From: a virus
Reading direction: 5' to 3' (one strand)
Length of the DNA: 64,000 nt
IMG/VR virus record: IMGVR_UViG_3300044701_001468
The notes under the pieces were generated by a model. That model had not been told where the DNA came from. It did not search any database and worked only from the letters and a program-made list of their open reading frames with translations. The position numbers and the translations under genes are program-made. Positions 16,298-27,960 of this stretch are shown one piece after another (the first letter of the stretch is position 1; each line of letters opens with the position of its first letter).

Positions 16298-17548
16298 TCA
16301 TGCAATAATGCTGGTGGGCGGCACCCCCTTCACAAAGATAGCATCAACAACTGCCTGCAGACGTTTCTGAATCTGAGCACCATAATTGCCGTAGATGGGT
16401 ACAGTTACGAAACCAAAAGGTTTGCGATAGTTACCCAGATCACCAGCGGTAATCTTACCTTCCGCAATGTCACGCGCATCATCAGCATTCATGCGGATCA
16501 CACGACCAATGGTTTGCGCCATCTCTACGATGTTAAGGTTACGAAGCAGCACACAATGCGTCAGACCAGGCACATTCATACCCTCAGACAGGATAGAATA
16601 GTGAAACACAACAAACTTACGATTGGGATCTTTGCCCCACGCAGTCAACGTGTCAAAGAATACCTCACGATTTACTTTGGTCTTGTTGATATATGCACCA
16701 TGCTTAGCAGTGATGTGCATCACATCATAACCACGCTCAGTGAGATCCTGCAGCATAGAAGTTGCAGCAACCATTCCCCAAATAATCTTGCTGCTAGGTG
16801 CTGCTACGAGGATTTTCTGCCCAGCATCAGCATCAAGATTATCAATGATGTCAAGCACAGTATTGCTATCGCAATCAGCAGCGTTAGACTTGGTGCGAGC
16901 AACTGCAGGTTGCTCATGAACAACAATCTGGGGAGGAATGATGCTGCCAGACTCAATCAATTCCTGAGCAGGAACGATGTGAAGAGTCTTACCGAACACC
17001 AGAGAGTTGTTCATACCACGACCCATAGGATTCTTCGACTGACGAGGAGTTGCAGTGAAGAAGTAGCAGGCATTTGCCATCTGAGAAACCATAGCAGTTT
17101 TAGGAAAGAACTGCCTGCTGGTAGCATTGTGTGCTTCATCGAAGTAAGCAACATCAATATCTACACCTGCCTCAACAATCTTGTGCAGAGAGTTGTAGGT
17201 AGTGAAGATCAAGCAAGACTCACCAGCAGCGCGGGCAGTGTTGTTAAACAGACCAATCTTATCAGATTTGGTGCTGCTGAAGTGATGAGTATCACCAGAG
17301 TGAACATGAAGAATGTGAACATTCTTGGTGTCAATTACTTGCAGGTATTCTTCACACAACTGGTTGACCAGCAGCAGGCGGGGGCAGACCACAACCGCCG
17401 TCAGACCACGCTGAGAGGCGCTCAGACGGCGCTGGAGGTCCATGATGGCAATCAGAGTCTTGCCGCCGCCAGTGGGCACCAGAACGCTGCCGTGGGACGC
17501 TTGGAGCATGGCATCGAGAGCAGTCTGCTGGTGGGGGCGAAGTTTCAT
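16298..17548 (-). CDS. Superfamily-2 helicase/ATPase (type III restriction Res-subunit-like)
   Basis: LRPHQQ (Q motif), PTGGGKT (Walker A), FDEAH (Walker B), FTATP, SILSEGMNVP and QTIGRVIR; own TTGACG-17-TATTAT promoter at 17572-17600. Confidence 0.9.
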   Translation of the reverse strand: MKLRPHQQTALDAMLQASHGSVLVPTGGGKTLIAIMDLQRRLSASQRGLTAVVVCPRLLLVNQLCEEYLQVIDTKNVHILHVHSGDTHHFSSTKSDKIGLFNNTARAAGESCLIFTTYNSLHKIVEAGVDIDVAYFDEAHNATSRQFFPKTAMVSQMANACYFFTATPRQSKNPMGRGMNNSLVFGKTLHIVPAQELIESGSIIPPQIVVHEQPAVARTKSNAADCDSNTVLDIIDNLDADAGQKILVAAPSSKIIWGMVAATSMLQDLTERGYDVMHITAKHGAYINKTKVNREVFFDTLTAWGKDPNRKFVVFHYSILSEGMNVPGLTHCVLLRNLNIVEMAQTIGRVIRMNADDARDIAEGKITAGDLGNYRKPFGFVTVPIYGNYGAQIQKRLQAVVDAIFVKGVPPTSIIA

Positions 17549-17640
17549 GGCGAATTGATTTGTATGAGACTATAATACAGGCAAAGGCAGGAGTCGTCAA
17601 GACCCCTGCCCATTAGCGTTGCTTATGATAGCAATAAAGT

Positions 17641-18048
17641 TTACTTATTCATCTGAAGTGTGGGCACAGGCATACCACCTTCGGTAGGCACATAGATGGT
17701 TACGTTACCATTTTTGCTACCATCTTCCAGACCAGTGATATACAAATACTGAAGATATTCACGATTATCTTTCAGACTATCACCGATGATTTGGTTTGCT
17801 TTGGCAACACCAGTAGCACGAATGATCTCAGCATCAGCAAGTTGTTGTGCCGAATCTTTCTTTGCTTGTGCTTCCAGAACTGCTACCTGACGAGTATATT
17901 CTGCCTTTTGCAGTTCTGCTTTACCAGCAAGAGATTGTTGCCACACATTGTAGAGTGGTCCACCAAAGAATAGCAGAGCAACGACAACTACAAACCCACC
18001 ACCAATAACAATGGCAACAGGGGTATTAGGATCATTGTAACGAGTCAT
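17641..18048 (-). CDS. Membrane-anchored coiled-coil protein (SPFH/band-7-like C-terminus)
   Basis: N-terminal TM segment, then EAQAKKDSA...AEIIRATGVAKANQII...YLQYLYI. Confidence 0.6.
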   Translation of the reverse strand: MTRYNDPNTPVAIVIGGGFVVVVALLFFGGPLYNVWQQSLAGKAELQKAEYTRQVAVLEAQAKKDSAQQLADAEIIRATGVAKANQIIGDSLKDNREYLQYLYITGLEDGSKNGNVTIYVPTEGGMPVPTLQMNK

Positions 18049-18063
18049 AATTTACCTCAAAAA

Positions 18064-18459
18064 TTAAACAGCAAGGGCGCCAGAAGGAATTTCTACAACT
18101 TCAGGCAGTTTACTATCATCAAACTGATTCATATTATAGCACACCCACTCACGACCACGGAAGATATATGCAAACTCTTCGCTGTTATCAGGCAGAAGAT
18201 ATTCACACAGGTTAGCATCAAGACGAGGGGGGCAGTTATCACCACGAGCAGAATAATACTCGGGTTGATAGTTGCCATTCTCACCAGTCCAGCAAGTGCT
18301 CATGTCACCACCATCAATCAGTTCAGCGACTTTATCTTTGGTGTTGTAGTGAGTGTTAAGAATACGTCCCAACCATTCGGGATAACCATCCCAATGATGA
18401 TAGGCAGACAGAATGCTGCCATCTTTCAGTTCAATACCAATGCGAGAACGAGTTGCCAT
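18064..18459 (-). CDS. Conserved phage hypothetical protein
   Basis: MATRSRIG...SAYHHWDGYP motif. Confidence 0.75.
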   Translation of the reverse strand: MATRSRIGIELKDGSILSAYHHWDGYPEWLGRILNTHYNTKDKVAELIDGGDMSTCWTGENGNYQPEYYSARGDNCPPRLDANLCEYLLPDNSEEFAYIFRGREWVCYNMNQFDDSKLPEVVEIPSGALAV

Positions 18460-18489
18460 GTCAGTTAATAAAATAGGAATCAGGTTGGT

Positions 18490-18630
18490 TCAGAACTTTA
18501 CATTAACGCCAACAACTTTTGCCTTAGGATTGCGAGCGAGAGCAGTCTCACGAGCATTTTGAGGATTAGTAGCAATCACTTCTTCATCCCAAGTTTTACC
18601 ACCAACATAAAGTTTGACGAGATAAGTCAT
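18490..18630 (-). CDS. Small hypothetical protein (46 aa)
   Basis: Read manually: MTYLVKLYVGGKTWDEEVIATNPQNARETALARNPKAKVVGVNVKF; sigma70 promoter at about 18655-18683. Confidence 0.7.
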   Translation of the reverse strand: MTYLVKLYVGGKTWDEEVIATNPQNARETALARNPKAKVVGVNVKF

Positions 18631-18694
18631 GGGTGTCTCTCGATTACCTATGTAATATAGGGCATTCGGGGGCAGGAGTCAAGGGGTCGAACCA

Positions 18695-21114
18695 TCAGGG
18701 TTTCTTATACATCGCTTTCAGTGTAGCGATTTCTGCTTTTAGTTCTAACATATCCTGCCTCAGATAGTCATAATCATTCTTCAAATATCCATTTTGTAGT
18801 GCTTCATCAACAAACTTACCACGATAGATGTTAAGTTCATCATCTGTCTCTACAAATAGATTCTGAAGTTCTTCATATTTGATTTTGAGTTCTTCAAAGT
18901 TACGACGCCAAGAATCACGCTCATCTCGCATAGCGTTATATTCCATTTGCATCAGTTCTTCGTCACTATACTGGTTCATCGCAGACATTTTGAATTGCTT
19001 CCATGAGCATAGCAGTGATCTGTTCTTCTGTCAAGTGATTGAACATTGCATACGCTGGATCATTTTTATCCCATGAAATAGTCAACGAACCATCTTCATT
19101 TTCTGTTATGCTCAATGAATCAGTAGACATCGTTAGTTACCTCAAACATAGTATAATTAATCAGAGCATCAATTTGTGCTTGTAGTCTATTTTCCAACTC
19201 GTAGAGTGCATTGGTAGTTTCTACATTTTCTTGTTCTAAAATATTCACTTTTTCTTCGAGAAATCTGACACGTTCCTCTAAACTATCGTTTTTCATGTGA
19301 AATCGCATTTCCTTTTCCTTGTAGTGATTTAGCAAGAAGATGACTATAATAATCTAGGTATTGAGGATCAAATGATGCTACAGAACCAGCATTTTTGATA
19401 TGGTCGCGCATCTCGGTGAGTTGCTGCCATTCTTCGTCTGTCATGGTTTTTTTAGCGTTTGTCATAGTATATTATCAGGAAATGCTGATAAATCAAGGTT
19501 TCTTTATATTGTCTTTTTATTGTTGTAACAATTTGTTACAATACACCAACTTCTCTAAGATACTCACGATATCTAGCAAATCTACCAAGGTGTGGTTGAC
19601 GTGGAATCTCCAACTGATGGCAAATTTCACAATAACATAACCATTCATACCATGGTGTAGTTGGATCTAACTCATGGTATGGATAGTAATCAGGTTTTTT
19701 TTCTCTTGTTTTAGAGTTTTCCACCTACTTCACCTTCATATGTTTTGGAAGTAGTCCAGCCTTCTTGGCATCCTTTAAGGTAAAATCTGGTTGCTGTAAT
19801 ACAAGTGTCTCTGTGTAATGACATGATGAGTCCTCTCCCATCTTTGTGAAAACTTTTCCAAGTTTTCCAGCGAGTTTCTTCAACACGGAATGTATCATCA
19901 ATCCAATCTACCTCAGCAATTTCAGGGTGTTCGTTTGGGTGGTTCATTCAAATTCTCGAATACGATTTTTGATTGTTGCTGTGTGATATACGTTCTCAAC
20001 TCTGGTGTCTCCTGCCATTCCCAGATTGTTCCATCTTTCTGCGTATGAGTCTTTGTTACTAGTTGTATTTTCATGGATCTCAATGAGTATTTGTGTTTCG
20101 TCATTCCAATGCCTCAAAACACCTGCTACAATGAAGCAGTTAGTGATAAGATATGTAGCGAAGATAATAGTGCGAATGATAGCAACCTTATCTGCTTCGT
20201 GATCTTTGTTGCTTGCTTTTTGCCCCAGTGCTTTCGCCCACCAGCGCCACATCATTCGTTGTTGCTTCATAGTCAGTTACTTTGTATCGTGTGATATGTT
20301 TAATGTAGTGGTCGTAGCATTGAAACCAGCAGGTTTTCTTGTCGTTGCCGTCTTTGTATTCTAAACGAATAGGGAATCCAGGATGAGGAAACTTAGCGGG
20401 GTCATTGCTGAGTTTAAGACTACATTCCTGTTGGGTAGGTGTAGGGATCTTTGTATCCTTCTTCTGTTTTGTCAGTTTGCCCCAGTTTTGATCCGTTTCC
20501 GCTTTGGCGGTAGCGCGGGTGTTCTTGGCAGACTTCGTAGCAGGCATCGTAGAAACTTTTTTCGGCATAACCACATCCTAACATGAAAGATTTAAAAATG
20601 TCAAGCAACTCGTGTGCATTGAGGTCGTCACACTTTGTTGAGATTGTCAGTGTCTTGGATGGGTAGCGTTCACCCATACACACCAGTTCATCGTTTTTGT
20701 AAGTGAAGGTTGTTGTACTCATCGTCCTGTTATGTCCTCATAGTCTTGTAGTTTACCATATTTGAAGTGCAATTTCAAGCGGGGCCAGTCCTCCCATGCT
20801 CCCTGCCAATTAGCAGGATACACTTCGATATACCTTGTGATATAACATGGTTGATATTTGCCATGCACACCAGTAGGAACCCATTCATGATTAAAAAACT
20901 TCTTGTCTGGATTATACTTAGGATGACCTTCTTCGTATATCTCCAGTGTGCTGCATCCAATATAACTTGGATACCACAATAGACCACTGGGATCTAACCA
21001 GTAGTCTGTCATGGTGCCACCAATACCATCTTCAATATCTTTGGTTTGGCACACCACATTTGTAAACTGCTCGCCCAAATCATATGATGAGCGGAAATAG
21101 TCGAACATACCCAT
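18695..21114 (-). other. Dense run of small hypothetical genes (18695-18988, 19120-19335, 19283-19465, 19536-19724, 19711-19947, 19922-20104, 19944-20270, 20188-20574, 20420-20722, 20719-21114)
   Basis: ORF track; contiguous and overlapping minus-strand ORFs. Confidence 0.65.
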
Positions 21115-21118
21115 AATT

Positions 21119-21439
21119 TTATCCGATTACTCTATAACATATGGTAGCATTACCACGACTGGGAGAAGAGATACGAGAGAATGCTGCGTAACTCAAATCT
21201 AAATCAGCATGGCTATATGGTCCCCTATCATTTATACGAACAATAACTTGCTTCATATTGTCTTGATTGGTGACACGAATTCTGCTACCCATTTTAAGAT
21301 ATGGGTGTGCTGCGGTTAATTGATAAGCACTGAAACGTTCACCATTAGCAGTTCTTTGTCCATGGAAACCATCACCAACACCATAGAAAGTAGCAATTCC
21401 ACACATTAGACCAGCAATAATCATTCTGATTGCTCCCAA
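21119..21439 (-). CDS. rlpA: RlpA-like double-psi beta-barrel protein (lytic transglycosylase family)
   Basis: ATFYG..DGFHGQRTANGERFSAYQLTAAHPYL.MGSRIRVTN...VIVRINDRGPY...DLDLSYAAF. Confidence 0.9.
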   Translation of the reverse strand: MGAIRMIIAGLMCGIATFYGVGDGFHGQRTANGERFSAYQLTAAHPYLKMGSRIRVTNQDNMKQVIVRINDRGPYSHADLDLSYAAFSRISSPSRGNATICYRVIG

Positions 21440-24400
21440 AGTTTGTTGTGTATTATTTCAATACATTGATTCCATTTATAAGAGTTTGTGTCATGCTCTT
21501 TTGGCAACCATTCTTCAACAGCATCCACAATCTCGTCACATATATCAATAGAGAAACCAAGTTTGTTTCTCATCACACTCCACAATGATTCAGTCATAGG
21601 GCACCTGCACATCCTTCTTCCATACATCAGTAAAGCACAACCATGGCTCCTCTTTGTGTGACATTTCTGCCATCCAATGCTGACCATTCTCATCAATCGC
21701 ATCCAAGTAATGAATGCGAGTCTTAGGGTCAATCGTGCGAGTCACATACACAAACTTTACTTTATTCATTTCCTATCACCCCATAGTTGCTCAAAATGCT
21801 TACCATCTCTACCACAATACATCTCAAAATCTCTGGCATTTTCACAACTTTGACTTTTTTTGTCTCCAGTTATAAAATCACCAGTTACGATGGGATTATA
21901 GCACCGATCAAGTGAGTTATTCCCAAAAAGATGACCTAACCAACTTTTCCTATAGTAGAGACAATCTTTACATAGTTTTCGTTGTTCAGAAGTCATACTT
22001 CACCTCTGTTTCTTTCATACGAAGCAGGAAACTATCGTCACCAATGTCACCACTGTAGAGATAATCAATATGCTTCATAATCTCTGCCATCTTACGCAGT
22101 TTGGGGATTTGCTCCTGTAAAACATCAATCACATCAGGGTCGTGGTTGGGATACCATTCACAACCATAAGTGCGATCTTCATTCCTTTCCTTACCATTAT
22201 TCTCAATCTCTACTTCCAACTCATCAGCAAATTGTGAGACCTTGTAATAGTCGTAATCTCCAAAGTGTCCGCCGCTCATTTCATTTCCTCGTATTCGTCA
22301 ATCTTTTCGTTGATAAATCCAGTCATATCAATGGTGTATGGATTTGTGCCCTCAATCTCACAATCAAGGAGAAACTCCATAACAGCACCAAGGATCAGAC
22401 ATGCTTTACGCTTATCATCCATTGGTTGAGCAATGTAGTGAACAATGTGGTCGTAGAGTTCATCGTAAGTCATTGGTAGTCCTCATCATCAAAAGTAAAG
22501 TATTCGTAGATAGCAGACATCACAGCTTCGTCAATCCTTTCCATAACGGCACTTGGCAAAGGATTCTCTACATGTTTGTGTGCAAGATGCCAACCACGAC
22601 GCACACCTTCTTCAATCGCCATCTCTAAGATGACACGAGTTTTAGCTTTCATTCTTCATCCTCCACAACTGCCCAACGATTTAGTGCCTCACGGATAGTT
22701 TTCCTAACTTCAGGATAAAGATTGTAATACCCTCCAATCTCATCCCAAAGTTCATCAATTTGTTTATCAGTGGGAATGTTAGTCATTCGATTACCTCTTT
22801 GATTTCAGAAATGATTTCCCAGTGTGCATCAGATTTGTCACCGAAACGATTAGTTCCAGTGCGAGTGCTGACCCACATAAAGTATTTGCGATTCTCTGAT
22901 GCTAAGAATAACTCACCACCAGTATCCTGTTCTACAATACAAACAGGATTGCCCTCCATGATGTTAGCAAAACGATTCTTTGCCTTGCTGCTTTTGGGTT
23001 TTACGATAACCTTTCTCATTTTGCAACAAGCAACAGAATAGCAATAACGACAAAAGCAAGAATAAGAGTAATCCACAAGGGAGACAATACCCACACCCAA
23101 GGCCAGGAAATGACTCCAGCAAGTTTCAAACCAATAAACAGAATGGTGAGCATACCAGTGAAACCAATACCACCACCAGAAGAAGAGTTGTTGTTAGCCA
23201 TGTAGATGCTTAAGCAGTTCGGGGAAGTTTGCTTTACCATGTAATAATACCCCACCCACCACGCACATGTCAAGTAGGAAGAGTATTAGTAAAAATAATG
23301 TGATGTATAACTTATCCTTATCAGACGGGTTCATGGATACCTGCCGACAATCTCAATAGTATATCTTATCTGTCCACCAAATCCAGTAAATGAGTTATCT
23401 ACTTGTGCCGAAATAGATGATACACATGCTTTTCCGTTTGCCACATCATTTATCACCTTGCACATTTGCTTTTCCATTTCTGTGACTTGTGGCAACCGAA
23501 ATGTGTTTGGATTAACAGATGATGTAGTTTTGCCGTTACTAATCAGTGCATCGGGTTTGAAATAGCTGCCATCCATACTGATAGCACCATTGTTTATAGT
23601 GGCGGCAGGAATGACAAATGCACCACTATCCATGATTTCTGACCCACCATTGATAGTTAATGATGGTTTTGGTGGATTTACATTGATAATATCATCTGCC
23701 ATACTTCCAAGCAGTCCAGATGATGTGTATCTTTCCTTCATCTCTTTGATGGATAGAGGCGGCTTTTTTTCTTCTACGACTTCTTCTTTCTTCTCACCGT
23801 AGATTTCTTCAAATTTTTGAATAAGCGGGTTTGTCATTGATATGATTCTCCATAACGATGATATCTTTCAAAGTTGCGTGGTGCTGATGTCAGAAAATCA
23901 CAGCGAATCTCAAACCACTTCCAGCGGAATGAGAATCCTGTGAGTGATCTACTACCGAAGCTAATCAGCAGCATAGGGAATATTTCTGTAGCAGGATAAT
24001 CATCCCACTGAATGACAACATCCATCAATGCGAAATGTGGATACCATCCAAGCAGTTGAAAATACCATTCGTGCCCAAAGTCTTCGTAGTGGTAGTAGTT
24101 GAAGAGTTTCATTCTGCTAACCTCAGTTTGCGCTCGGGTGAAGGGATATGTATACGATATGCATCATCATACGGATAGACATATTCATAATACCAACCTA
24201 CATTGATGGTCTCCCAGAACTCTTTCATTCCCCAGTAATCACCAGCATTATAGGCTTCAAGGGCACTGCAGATATAGCGGAATCCTTCAATGAAGTCTTC
24301 CCATTTGCTTTCTTTAAACCTCATGGCGTTTCATCACTCCAATAATATCTCAGTTGGTCTCCAGTGATATTCAAATGATAAATCTTACCATCTTGTCCAT

Positions 24401-26859
24401 AAACACCAATCCACAGTGCTCGTTCGTTCATACTTTCCAGGTGAAACAACTTCACCTCTTCCAGTACAATTTCATCAGGGTTTTCAGTCCAATTTACTAA
24501 TTTAGTCATGAGTAATTAACGTGTAGATGTGATTGCCATGTGAATGCAGGTTGATCACATCGATGTACTTGAACTTTTACATGATTTGGTATCAGTTCAG
24601 CATACTTTTCCATGAACTCTTCTTCAGTCAGTTCATCGCAACCACGCAAGTAATGATCATCAGGTACAAACTTTGCGAATCGTTCATACTCACGGTCTCG
24701 ATCAATTAATTGATAGTTACGGCAAATTTGTAGCCAATACGATCTACCCTCACCAGTGGCAAAATAATCAATCGCAAAGAAACGATAGAATGGTTTGTCA
24801 GTCATAAGTGGAAAATAGAAATACTTTAATTGTTTGTCCGTCATCTTGAAGACTTACCTGAACATTAGAGCATTCATATCGGACAAACTCTCTGCCATTA
24901 TCAGTAATAACTTCAACACGGGTAACATCTGGATAATTCTTCAGAAAGTCTCCATTTGGTTGTTGTATGTCTTCAGTCATTCAGTTTTGCCTCCAGTTTC
25001 TCAATCCTATTCATAAGTTCTGTGATAATGTGTATCAAAGAACGATAATCAATTGATTCCGTATCATCACCATTCTCCATATCAATATAATTTGAATAGA
25101 GAAGTTCTTGTGTAAGGTTTCGTTCAGTCATTGTTTTGTCTCACTCGTTCAAGAAACTTGGTTGCTTGATTGTCTAATTGTTCGATCAGATCTTCAATAT
25201 CACTGATAGAAATATGAGTGTATTCATCATTCAGATATTCACAACGCAGGGCATCAATCATGGATTGAAGAGTAATCATTTGTGTGTGCTCTGGTGTAAT
25301 GGGTGTGCCGTGAGGCAATCCAGCACATTCCATATTGTAGTAATCATTATATCGTTGTAGAACACGATTACTTTTTTCTCTACGTTCTGCCTCTTCAAGC
25401 ATTTCTTCGTGTTTCATAGCTCACCTCAAAACATACTGAATTAAATTTACCTTTAATGCCTCTAAGTTCTATTTTAGTATGCTGAGAGTGAACATGCACA
25501 TGCTCAACATAGTATTTGTCACCAACTATTAGAATACCAGTGGGGTCGGTATTATTTCCCCACTGAACTTGTTCTCTACTACAACCAAGAAACTTTACTG
25601 TGTTTCCTACTCTGATTTTATCCATTAATGCCCACCCAAGATTAGGCCAAGTATCTCTATATATTTGATTGAGACGCTCGTTGCCGTAATCGATCATCTT
25701 GGTTGTTCTTTTGTTTGCGTATACGCACAATCATACAATTCGTTAAGTATTTCATTACACTCATGGTATTGTTTACTATCATGAATACATTTATCAATTT
25801 GATAACGACGGACAGAAGTAAAAATTAATTTATATTGTTCAGGTGTGAAGTTCATAAGTAGGCGGATGATATTTTAGATATTCATAAAATGTAAGTTTCA
25901 TTTCTTTCTTTGACATGCCACAATGCTTTGCTGCTGCTGGTAATGTCATTTTGGCATGAAACAATGCTTCGTTTGCTTCTTTAACATTTTGTGGAGTTGT
26001 CTTAACTGGAATATCTACCAAAGATAATAGTGGCATTATTAAAAAAACCAAATTTGAATAAGTTTTACTGCTTCTACAATAGCAAAAAAGGCACGAATTG
26101 TCAAGATATCCCACATTCTCATTTTCTGAAAATGTGGCCAAGACATTGCATTACCTATCATTCTACAATAGATACCAACTTCAACATTCGTAAATAGAAT
26201 AACAATATATCCCACCACAAACATCATATTACCAACTACTCTCAACCAACTAAGAATAGGATAGTTGGGATCTATAAATCTATATTGATTCAATCAGTTG
26301 CCCTCCATTGTGCAACTTTTGTGCGAACAGATTGAAACTCTTCAACATGCTGAAGAATACGATGTGCTGCTTCTTTTGCAGTTTCTTGGTCATCTTCATT
26401 CCAACTGGAAACTTCAGTCCAAACGTAATAGATTTCATCGATAATGGAATCTACGAGTTTATCATAATGAGTCATTTAATTACCTCCAGTTGACGCTTGA
26501 GCGCCTGTTTACGAGCTTTTGCCTGACGCAGCATCTGAGGTTTCAGAGTACGTTTTGCTTCTTTTTTAGAATGATGCTGCCAGTTGGGCGTGGTCATTGT
26601 TCTATCCTTTTATGATTATATAGGACTATTGAAAAGTAGGACAAGTGAAGTAAGAAACTTCATCACCTTCTTCTGCAGTTCCCCACTCATGAAACTCTTG
26701 GCACAGAGCGAAGATATCAGCGTCACGTCCACCCATCTTGTCAAGGATTTCGAAACGTGCCTCTACATATTCAATAATATTTTCAACAACTTTTTCAACG
26801 TCGTCAGATTCGATCATAGGAACAACGCCGTCGTCGCCGTAGTCGATGATGCCTTTCAT
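21421..26859 (-). other. Long run of about 20 small hypothetical genes, including a TM protein at 23016-23201, an HTH-like gene ending at 25839 and a basic 41-aa gene at 26472-26597
   Basis: ORF track plus manual reading; sigma70 promoters at about 23243-23272 and 26887-26916. Confidence 0.65.
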
Positions 26860-26911
26860 GAGAGGGGTCTTTTTGAGTACAGAGTCAGTGTAGCACCCCC
26901 GTCAACCCCTG

Positions 26912-27283
26912 TCAAGCCCCCTCGGCAGGTTCCTCGTCTGGCGGGAATAGTCTTTCGTTTTCAAATACACTATTACCATTTTCATCAAAAATGTGAACAT
27001 AAACATAATATTCATCATCCATTTCACCTTTAAATGGGAACCACTCTTCAGCTTTCTGAATAGCAGCCATGGCATTGTTGACAAAAATATAATTATGTAG
27101 AGATCCTTTTACACCTGCAAAAATTTCTGGAGGTAATACATTATTATAATGAGTCCAAACCTCGTTAATTTTATCTACATCTTTAGATTGATCAAGACCA
27201 ACTGGTTTGAAATAAAGTAAAGCTTTTCCAGCATTTCTTGCTGCTTGTTCTAAAAGATCAATGAATGAAAATACTTCGTGCAT
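26912..27283 (-). CDS. Hypothetical protein, last gene of the fibre operon
   Basis: ORF track; abuts the upstream oxygenase stop. Confidence 0.75.
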   Translation of the reverse strand: MHEVFSFIDLLEQAARNAGKALLYFKPVGLDQSKDVDKINEVWTHYNNVLPPEIFAGVKGSLHNYIFVNNAMAAIQKAEEWFPFKGEMDDEYYVYVHIFDENGNSVFENERLFPPDEEPAEGA

Positions 27284-27954
27284 TATTGTAACCCCTCGTA
27301 ATTACCAAATTGTCTTTTAAGTTGAAATTTAAGATTTAAAATGCCTTCATATACTTCTGGCATTTCCGTTAGCAATCTGTCATTGTATTTATCCCACAGA
27401 ACATGCAATTCCGAATGCATATTTCTGATGACTGCATTTTGAATGGAAGATTCAATCCAAAACACTATAACTTTTCTCGAACCTTTGGTGACTTCATTAA
27501 CTTTATGTCTTAATCCAGTTGGATAAACAATTAATTTACCCGCTTCTGGTTTAAATTTGAGTTCTTGATTACCTACCATAATACATAATTCTCCACCTTC
27601 ATATTCATCTGGAGAAGATAGAAAACAAGTAGCACTATAATCTGTTCTAGTTCCCGACATCAAATAGTGATCATTATGAAATCCATAATGCATACCTTCA
27701 TCATATTTCAAAAAATAGATTGAACCAAACTTTCTTACACTGAGTAGATCACTCAAATACATATCATCACAAAGACATTTCAAAAACAAACCAGAAGCTG
27801 CTTGGTAGTGTTCATCAACCACCATTTGCTTGTTGTTTTTGACATTCTTGGATCTAGGTCCAGAGAACTTTCCATCTTGAAAGTTTGAAAACTCATAAAA
27901 ATTCAAAAAATGACGTACTTTAGTGTCATTTAAAAAATCAAGTTCATAAATCAT
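27283..27954 (-). CDS. PKHD-type 2OG-Fe(II) oxygenase
   Basis: YGFHND (HxD), FLSSPDEYEGGEL, RHKVNEVTKGSRKVIVFW (distal His and Arg). Confidence 0.92.
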   Translation of the reverse strand: MIYELDFLNDTKVRHFLNFYEFSNFQDGKFSGPRSKNVKNNKQMVVDEHYQAASGLFLKCLCDDMYLSDLLSVRKFGSIYFLKYDEGMHYGFHNDHYLMSGTRTDYSATCFLSSPDEYEGGELCIMVGNQELKFKPEAGKLIVYPTGLRHKVNEVTKGSRKVIVFWIESSIQNAVIRNMHSELHVLWDKYNDRLLTEMPEVYEGILNLKFQLKRQFGNYEGLQ

Positions 27955-27960
27955 ATAATT

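Noticed and set aside
16514-17575. 353-aa plus-strand ORF
   Set aside because: Exact antisense of the SF2 helicase.
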